64,000 bases of DNA from an uncultured Candidatus Saccharibacteria bacterium (lineage in GTDB: Bacteria > Patescibacteriota > SICC01), in assembly GCA_964525455.1 (NCBI GenBank), contig CAZGHP010000001.1, positions 8,766-72,765 on the forward strand. Reading direction: 5' to 3'. Positions 57,715-64,000 of the stretch are shown one piece after another. The notes beneath the pieces were generated by a model. The model was not told where the DNA came from and searched no databases. It worked only from the letters and a program-made list of their open reading frames with translations. Numbering within the stretch: the first letter of the stretch is position 1; the number at the start of each line of letters is the position of its first letter. A program made the translations under genes and the position numbers.

Positions 57715-57780
57715 CGGCCGCACCCCGGGCCGCCGGATACGTGGCAATGCCGCGGTTCCTTCCGTATACTTACGTATCGT

Positions 57781-58503
57781 ATGGCTGATTACACGCTCAG
57801 TGCGGAACCCCGCGAAGAAACCGGCAAGCGGGTCAGGCAGTTGCGCCGCGACGGCAAGGTGCCGGCGGTGCTCTACGGCCACGGGGTCACGCCGCGGAAC
57901 CTGACGTTGTCACGCGGTGAACTGGAGCGTGTATATCATCAGGCCGGCGGCTCGACGGTCGTCGGGATCAAGCTGGGAGATGGCGAGGAAAACGTGTTGA
58001 TCCACGAGGTCCAGCACGACCCGACCACCGGCCGGTACCTCCACGCCGACCTCTACCAGGTGAAGATGGACGAGAAGATCAAGGCGACCGTGCCGTTGAC
58101 GTTCGGGGGTACCGCTCCGGCGGTCCGCGAACTCGACGGGACCCTGCTCACCAATCTCAGCGAGGTCGAGGTGGAGTGTCTGCCGGGCGACCTGCCGTCG
58201 GAGATCGTGGTGAACGTGGAATCATTAGAGACGTTCGAGGATACGATCACCGTGGCCGACCTGAAAGTCGCCGCGAACGTGGAGATCCATGCCGAACCGG
58301 AGGCGAGCGTGGCGACCGTCACGCCGCCGCGCACCCAGGATGAGATCGAGGCGCTCGATGAGGACACCGAGGAAGTCTCGCCGGAAGACGTCGAGGTCGA
58401 AGGCGAAGACGCGGAGGGTGAGGAAGGCAAGCCCGGCGAAGGAGAATCCCCAACCGACGGCTCCGGCGACGGCACCGGAAGCGATTCGGAAAAGAAAGAA
58501 TAG
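57781..58503 (+). CDS. rplY: 50S ribosomal protein L25/Ctc with acidic tail
   Basis: LRRDGKVPAVLYG, HADLY, ECLP.DLP. Confidence 0.95.
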   Translation: MADYTLSAEPREETGKRVRQLRRDGKVPAVLYGHGVTPRNLTLSRGELERVYHQAGGSTVVGIKLGDGEENVLIHEVQHDPTTGRYLHADLYQVKMDEKIKATVPLTFGGTAPAVRELDGTLLTNLSEVEVECLPGDLPSEIVVNVESLETFEDTITVADLKVAANVEIHAEPEASVATVTPPRTQDEIEALDEDTEEVSPEDVEVEGEDAEGEEGKPGEGESPTDGSGDGTGSDSEKKE

Positions 58504-58508
58504 CGGAC

Positions 58509-58811
58509 TCAGCCGCCGATGCGGTAGGCCGGCCGGACGCCAAGCAGGTCGCTGAGTAGGTAGGCGACGATGATGTACGCCAGGAAGATGATGATCAGGC
58601 CGAGGATCGCATAGAGCACGGTGTGGCGTGCTTTTTCGACGCCTTCCGGGTTTCCTAGCGAGATGATGAACCGGAAACCGCCGATGATGATGAAGAGCAG
58701 CGCGATGGCGCCGGCCCAGAGCAGTAGCGTACCGATCACCTGCCCGAACAGCGACGAGGCGTCGAAGTCGATCAGGGGGTTGGGGACCTGTGGCGGTGAA
58801 AGTGGGTTCAT
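58509..58811 (-). CDS. VirB2/TrbC-like pilin
   Basis: AGAIALLFIIIGGF.FI.S.GNPE.VEKAR..V.YAILGL. Confidence 0.8.
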   Translation of the reverse strand: MNPLSPPQVPNPLIDFDASSLFGQVIGTLLLWAGAIALLFIIIGGFRFIISLGNPEGVEKARHTVLYAILGLIIIFLAYIIVAYLLSDLLGVRPAYRIGG

Positions 58812-59005
58812 CGTGTTTGGTAGTGTAGCGCAGTCCGCCCGGCTTAGCGATAAAAGCGCGATACGTCGAGCTTTTAACAGCTTTTGACGATACCGCATGC
58901 GGACCGCATTGACAAGCGCATCAGCAACCGACTATAGTGAATAGCGAGCGACCATACGGTTGCCGGAGGGAGGAGGGCCATCGGGTTCGGGTAACCATCT
59001 GTCTT

Positions 59006-59719
59006 ATGAAGCGATTACTATCAGTCCTGTCGGTGCTTACGCTGTTCCCCGCCGCCGCGTCGGGGGCGACCCCGCCACCTTCGCCCATCCCGTCGCCTTC
59101 GGCGAGCGTGCAGCCCGTGTCTCAGCCGATGCCGGGCGAGCTCCGCATCAACGAGGTCCTGCCGAATCCGGACGGTACTGACACGGGCAAGGAATGGATC
59201 GAGCTGAAGAACGTCGGTGACCAGGCGCGGGACATCAGCGGGGTTACGGTCAGGCGGGAATCCGGGTTACTACTGGCGAAAGTCCCGGACGGGACACTGC
59301 TGGACGGCGGGGCGCTGATCTTGCTCGACGACCTGTCCGGCAGCATCGTCAATGGCGGCGACACCCTGGTGCTCATGCTCGACTCGTTGGAACTGGATCG
59401 GATTACCTACGACCAGGGTGACGAGGACGCCTCATGGTCACGCCGGACGGCGACCGAAGGGTCGTGGACCAAGCCCGGCACGCCCGGGGCGGAGAACGCC
59501 GGCGGTGCATCCGCCGGGACACCAACCCCGATACCCACCGCCGTGTCCGACACTCCTGCCGCCACCCGTGCAGTCACGGCGGAATCGCGTGCTTTGGGCA
59601 ATGCGCGGACCGCTGGAGCGGGCAAGCTGCCCCAGTCCGGTCCCGGCGCCTGGCCATACGCGCTACCGCTGGCCCTTGCTACACTTTACGGGTGTCAGAG
59701 ACTACGGATACTCCGATGA
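59006..59719 (+). CDS. Lamin-tail domain surface protein with LPxSG C-terminal signal
   Basis: RINEVLPNP.G.D..EWIELKN, TPGAEN; LPQSG then hydrophobic and basic tail. Confidence 0.85.
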   Translation: MKRLLSVLSVLTLFPAAASGATPPPSPIPSPSASVQPVSQPMPGELRINEVLPNPDGTDTGKEWIELKNVGDQARDISGVTVRRESGLLLAKVPDGTLLDGGALILLDDLSGSIVNGGDTLVLMLDSLELDRITYDQGDEDASWSRRTATEGSWTKPGTPGAENAGGASAGTPTPIPTAVSDTPAATRAVTAESRALGNARTAGAGKLPQSGPGAWPYALPLALATLYGCQRLRILR

Positions 59720-60165
59720 TTTCCCGTTCGGTCGAAGAGACCTGCCGTTTCGGCAAGCTGTTGGCCCGCGCCCTCGAAGGGGGCGAGAATCTGCTCCTGG
59801 TCGGTGACCTGGGAGCCGGCAAGACCGCCCTGGTCCAGGGCATCGCGGCCGGGCTTGGCGTCACGGAGCCGGTCAAGAGTCCGACGTACACCTACCTGCG
59901 CGAATATACGCTTCCCAACCGGTCGACCCGGTTGGCGCACTTCGACCTCTACCGATTACCGGATCGTCCCACGGCCGCCGAGCTGCGTTCGATCGAACTT
60001 CCCGAGCGGTTGGACGACCGGGATGTCATCACCGTCATCGAGTGGGGAGACAGGTTGGAATCGCGGCAGGACGCCCGCTCCTGGGTCGTCCGGCTCTCGA
60101 TCGCCGATGCCGACGTGCGGGAGATCGAGCTCCCGGAGCGGTTACGGAAACGGATACCGACATGA
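59692..60165 (+). CDS. tsaE: tRNA t6A biosynthesis ATPase TsaE
   Basis: GDLGAGKT, SPTY, HFDLYRL, IEW; start GTG 59692 (TACACT 6 nt upstream) or ATG 59716. Confidence 0.95.
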   Translation: MSETTDTPMISRSVEETCRFGKLLARALEGGENLLLVGDLGAGKTALVQGIAAGLGVTEPVKSPTYTYLREYTLPNRSTRLAHFDLYRLPDRPTAAELRSIELPERLDDRDVITVIEWGDRLESRQDARSWVVRLSIADADVREIELPERLRKRIPT

Positions 60166-60662
60166 GGCGCTTTCTCCTGATCGATACCGCGGCCGAGCCG
60201 TCTGTGGCGGCGATTGCCACCAGCCGGTCGGTACTGGCGGAGGCGACCGTACCGGACCGGAAGCGCTTATCCGAGGAGCTGCTGGCCCGGATCGACACCC
60301 TGAGCCGGGAGGCGCAGCAACCGCTTGCAGGCATCGCGGCGATCGGCATCGTGACCGGTCCCGGACCGTTCACGGCCCTGCGGATCGGGGTGGCCATAGC
60401 GAACGCGCTGGCTTATGCCCACCGTATCCCGATCGTCCCGGCGGAGAAGCCGGAAGTGGCGTCGGTGCCGGCCTTCGCCTCGTTGGTGGCGGAACGCCTG
60501 GAGGCCGGCAAGACTGCCCGGGCGGTCCTTCCTAGCTATGGCCGCGAACCGTCGATTACTCCGCCGAAACGCGGTACACCGTCACCGGGCCGTCCGTCTG
60601 TCCGGAGCCGGCGGGGAACCGCTCCCACACCGGATACCGACGGGCGAAGAACCGCTCGTTGA
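60162..60662 (+). CDS. tsaB: tRNA t6A biosynthesis protein TsaB (short form)
   Basis: LIDT, GPGPFTALRIG..ANALA. Confidence 0.9.
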   Translation: MRRFLLIDTAAEPSVAAIATSRSVLAEATVPDRKRLSEELLARIDTLSREAQQPLAGIAAIGIVTGPGPFTALRIGVAIANALAYAHRIPIVPAEKPEVASVPAFASLVAERLEAGKTARAVLPSYGREPSITPPKRGTPSPGRPSVRSRRGTAPTPDTDGRRTAR

Positions 60663-62526
60663 CGGTAAAGCCTTCATCGCCCCGTTCCGCCGGCCCGATG
60701 ACCACGAAGTCCACGCCGTAGTGCCGGAGCAGGGCGGGTGTTTCCGGTACCCCTTCGTACATCCGCCTGACGTCGTCCTCCCGCTCGGCATACTCCAGGC
60801 CGTAGCTCCAGAGCCAGCCGGTGTAGCCCAGCAGCAGCCGCTGGCCGGCCAGGGAGGCGAAGGGATTGTTCACTTGCTGGGCCGTCAGCCAGATCGAATC
60901 CGGCGCGGCCGACTCGCGGGCCGCCATCGCGATCCGCTGGGCACGCTCATCGAACATCGCCGCCCGGTAATGGTTCGGCGGGAGCGTCCGGGTGACATCC
61001 GCCAACCCGGCCAGGACCAGGAACGGGAAGATGGCAATGACAGACGCCTTGCCAACCCGGCCCCGTCCGAACAGCCAGACCAGGAACGCGCTGACCGCGG
61101 GAATGCTCAGGACCAACCAGTACACCAGGAACTTGGTATTGTCCCAGTCCCACGGCTGGAATACGAGCAGGTTCGTGAGCACCCAGACGATACCGGCCGC
61201 GAGCGTGAACCGGAGCAGAAGCGAATCGCGTCCGCGCAGCCAGAAAAAACCCATCAGCAGGAGCGGCAGGAACAGTCCGAGGTTCTTCAGCCAGAACCAG
61301 GGGAGGAAATCCCCGTGTGCCGTCCAGCCGAATTGCGGACGCAGGAACGCGGTCGCCTGGACGCCGGCGGAAAGCCAGAGTACCTGCGGCAACGCAAGCA
61401 GCAGGATCGGTACGACGAAATAGAGCCACGGCCTGAGGTACTTCCAGCGGAAGCGTCTGCGTCGGCGCCCCGCGAGCCGCTTCCAGGTGAGGAGTGCCAA
61501 CCCGGGGGTCAGGAGCCCCAGGAACACCAGCGAGTGGGTGTGTACCAACGGCAGCAAGGCGGCGATGAGGCCGGCGGCCAGGAACGGCTCGCGGGGCGCC
61601 CGGTCGCGTAATCCTGCGTAGAGCAGGCAGAGGACGGTCAGGGTGATCGGCAGGCCGAAAAGGAATGCCCGCTGCGGAATGATATACGCGAAGATCGGGT
61701 TGATGAAGTTGATGTTCGACACCGGCACCTCCCCGAAGGTCAGGGTGTATTCGTGCGGGAGATTCCGGAGGAATTCACCGAGCGGCATGCCGGAGGCGGA
61801 AAGGTCGGTGAAGAAGTTGACGAAACCGAGGCCGCCGAACGCATAAAACAGTACGGCACCGACGAGCATCGTTCCCGGCCCGGCGGTCAAGCGGAGCAAC
61901 GCGGTGAGCATGCCGAGTCCGGAGATCACCAGCAGTACTCCCGGGATCTTCATGGCGGTCAGTAGCCCGAACCCCCCGGTGACTAGCAGTGCCGAAGCGA
62001 AGTTCGTGAGCAACGGATAGGTTATCTTCTGTCCGCTAAGCACGGTCTGTTCCGGCGGGAAGTTCTCGCCGTACGCGAAACTAGTGGTCTGGGCGAGATG
62101 CTGGTTCCAGTCGCCCCAGACGTTACTGAATCCGACGTAGATCGTGCCGCCCTCGGCGAAGAGCGCCTGCCACATGATCACGCCGAGCGCTGCGGCCAAA
62201 CCGCCGAACAGCACCGCTCCCACCCGGAACGGCCACGTCCGCAGCCGGGCACGCACATCGGCGAATTCTTCACGTATCCGCCGACGGACGGCGGCACGCC
62301 GCCAGATTGCCACGGTTCCCACCGCTCCGAGCAGAGCCGGTACCAGCAGGGCACCGGCATCCATGCCGAACAGCAACGCGTAGACGAAACCGGTCAGGCC
62401 CCCGGCGGCCAGTCCGATCGGCACGCCGGCGAATACCCGTTCCTCGATCCGGAGCGCGAGCGGCAGCAGACATGCGAGGGAAAACCCGAACGCGACGGTC
62501 GAAAGCAGGAAGAATATTCCCAACAT
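60556..62526 (-). CDS. Polytopic membrane protein, GT-C-type glycosyltransferase-like
   Basis: More than 10 TMs, WGDWNQH loop, PQR, DN.KF, C-terminal YGVDFVVIG. Confidence 0.7.
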   Translation of the reverse strand: MLGIFFLLSTVAFGFSLACLLPLALRIEERVFAGVPIGLAAGGLTGFVYALLFGMDAGALLVPALLGAVGTVAIWRRAAVRRRIREEFADVRARLRTWPFRVGAVLFGGLAAALGVIMWQALFAEGGTIYVGFSNVWGDWNQHLAQTTSFAYGENFPPEQTVLSGQKITYPLLTNFASALLVTGGFGLLTAMKIPGVLLVISGLGMLTALLRLTAGPGTMLVGAVLFYAFGGLGFVNFFTDLSASGMPLGEFLRNLPHEYTLTFGEVPVSNINFINPIFAYIIPQRAFLFGLPITLTVLCLLYAGLRDRAPREPFLAAGLIAALLPLVHTHSLVFLGLLTPGLALLTWKRLAGRRRRRFRWKYLRPWLYFVVPILLLALPQVLWLSAGVQATAFLRPQFGWTAHGDFLPWFWLKNLGLFLPLLLMGFFWLRGRDSLLLRFTLAAGIVWVLTNLLVFQPWDWDNTKFLVYWLVLSIPAVSAFLVWLFGRGRVGKASVIAIFPFLVLAGLADVTRTLPPNHYRAAMFDERAQRIAMAARESAAPDSIWLTAQQVNNPFASLAGQRLLLGYTGWLWSYGLEYAEREDDVRRMYEGVPETPALLRHYGVDFVVIGPAERGDEGFTVNERFFARRYPVWERFPAGSGQTDGPVTVYRVSAE

Positions 62527-62602
62527 ACTTACCAGCCTAGCTCGCCCGGTGCCCCGCGGTCGAGGTGGTATAGTGGGATGGCAATGATAAAGGAACCATC
62601 CC

Positions 62603-64000
62603 ATGGATACGGTATTGTTACTGATCGTGGCTGCGGCAGCGGGAGCTGGTCTCGGTTACGCGATTTTTTCAAATCGCGGCAAAGGACAGCAGGAACGCGC
62701 GCACGCCAAGGCTGAGAAGGAACTCGCGGAGGCGGAGACCAAGGCCAAGGATATCCTGCTCAAAGCGCAGGATGATTCGCTGAAGGCCAAGGAATCCGCC
62801 CAGGAAGACGTCCGGGACCGTCGGAAGCAGCTGGAAGCGACCGAGTCGCGGCTGGCTTCCCGAGAACAGAACCTCGATCGCAAGGAAAAGCAGCTTGAGG
62901 AAAGGCTCGGACAACTTGAGAAGGACCGCGAGCAAGCCAAGACGTTGAAGGAGGAGATCGCCGAGGTCAAGGAGCGCCAGGTACAGAACCTGGAGAAAGT
63001 CGCCAAGCTCACCCAGGCCAAGGCCAAGGACGTGCTACTCAAGATGCTTGAGAAGGAGTTCTCCGAAGAGTTCGCACGGAAGATCCACGACCTTGAGGAA
63101 CAGGCCAAGGAAGAGGGCGAGCAGCGGGCGAAGAAGATCATCGCCGCTTCGATCCAGCGCTACGCCGCCGATCAGTCGGCGGAGCTCACGGTGACGACCG
63201 TCCAGATCCCGAACGAGGAGATCAAGGGTCGGATCATCGGGAAGGAAGGCCGGAACATCCAGTCGTTCGAGAAGGCGACCGGTGTGGACATCATCGTCGA
63301 CGACACGCCGGACACGATCGTGATTTCCGGCTACAACCCGGTGCGGCGGCAGATCGCCCGGATCGCCATGGAGAAGCTGGTATCCGACGGACGGATCAAC
63401 CCGTCGCGGATCGAGGAAGTGGTCGGCAAGGCCGAGAAGGAAGTGAACCAGATCGCCAAGAAGGCCGGAGAAGAGGCGGTCTACGAACTCAAGCTGAGCG
63501 GCCTCAATCCGGACCTGGTGAAGCTGCTCGGCACCATGAAGTTCCGGACTTCCTACGGCCAGAACATCCTCAAGCACTCGGTCGAGGTGAGTTTCATCGC
63601 GCAGATGCTGGCCGGCGAGCTCGGCGTGGACGCGACCAAGGCCAAGCTGGTCGGCCTGTTCCATGACATCGGCAAGGCCGTGACCCACGAGGTCGAAGGG
63701 CCGCACGCGTTGATCGGCCGCGACATCTGCAAGAAGTACGGCCTGCCGGAGGACGTCTGCCACGCGGTCGGCGCGCACCATGAGGACCTGCCGATCGAGT
63801 CCACGCTCGACATCATCTGCCAGGTCTCCGACGCGATCTCAGGTGCCCGCCCGGGCGCGCGGCGCGAAAGCTACGAGCAGTACGTCAAGCGCCTCCAAGA
63901 ACTGGAGAACGTGGCGAACGCCTTCGACGGCGTGGAAAAGACCTACGCGATCCAGGCCGGCCGCGAGATCCGGATCCTCGTGAAACCGCAGGAGATCGAC
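62603..64000 (+). CDS. rny: Ribonuclease Y (3' truncated by window)
   Basis: N-terminal TM and coiled coil, KH GRIIGKEGRNI, RTSYGQN.L.HS, HDIGK, ISGARPGAR. Confidence 0.97.
   Translation, partial: MDTVLLLIVAAAAGAGLGYAIFSNRGKGQQERAHAKAEKELAEAETKAKDILLKAQDDSLKAKESAQEDVRDRRKQLEATESRLASREQNLDRKEKQLEERLGQLEKDREQAKTLKEEIAEVKERQVQNLEKVAKLTQAKAKDVLLKMLEKEFSEEFARKIHDLEEQAKEEGEQRAKKIIAASIQRYAADQSAELTVTTVQIPNEEIKGRIIGKEGRNIQSFEKATGVDIIVDDTPDTIVISGYNPVRRQIARIAMEKLVSDGRINPSRIEEVVGKAEKEVNQIAKKAGEEAVYELKLSGLNPDLVKLLGTMKFRTSYGQNILKHSVEVSFIAQMLAGELGVDATKAKLVGLFHDIGKAVTHEVEGPHALIGRDICKKYGLPEDVCHAVGAHHEDLPIESTLDIICQVSDAISGARPGARRESYEQYVKRLQELENVANAFDGVEKTYAIQAGREIRILVKPQEID

Overview
GC-rich bacterial chromosome segment, most consistent with a Patescibacteria/CPR genome (inferred from the EF-P KMGRGGA loop, a CPR-style membrane GT2, a VirB2-like pilin and compact housekeeping content). 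TGA is read as stop, so code 11. Housekeeping genes: ftsK 3' end, rodZ-like, recA-recX, tlyA, rpsF-ssb-rpsR-efp, ychF, csaA, xerC/D, PAP2-uppP-dedA, an M16-ndk-NUDIX-NDT-HD-HAM1 nucleotide cluster, prsA-like, a hydrolase-degenerate RSH, rpiB/prs, CAD-like pyrC-pyrB, rluB-like, guaB, two tandem M23 peptidases with Ig-like repeats, a wecA-like gene, an atpZBEFHAG operon without atpD/C, rplY, tsaE/tsaB and the 5' part of rny, plus 4 tRNAs. The most striking pattern is two classes of gene expression signal. Housekeeping genes mostly have a TANNNT -10 box 6-9 nt before the start codon and no Shine-Dalgarno (leaderless). Interspersed orphan genes for exported or membrane proteins have their own promoter, a boxA-like motif, a strong SD (three share GTWCCCGACY(G)AAGGAG) and long 3' hairpins. 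One such unit is bracketed by 33-bp direct repeats, and a separate AT-rich two-gene islet by 6-bp direct repeats. A candidate promoter-driven ~115-nt rod-like ncRNA and a palindromic recA operator were also seen. All calls come from reading the sequence by eye; no searches were run.
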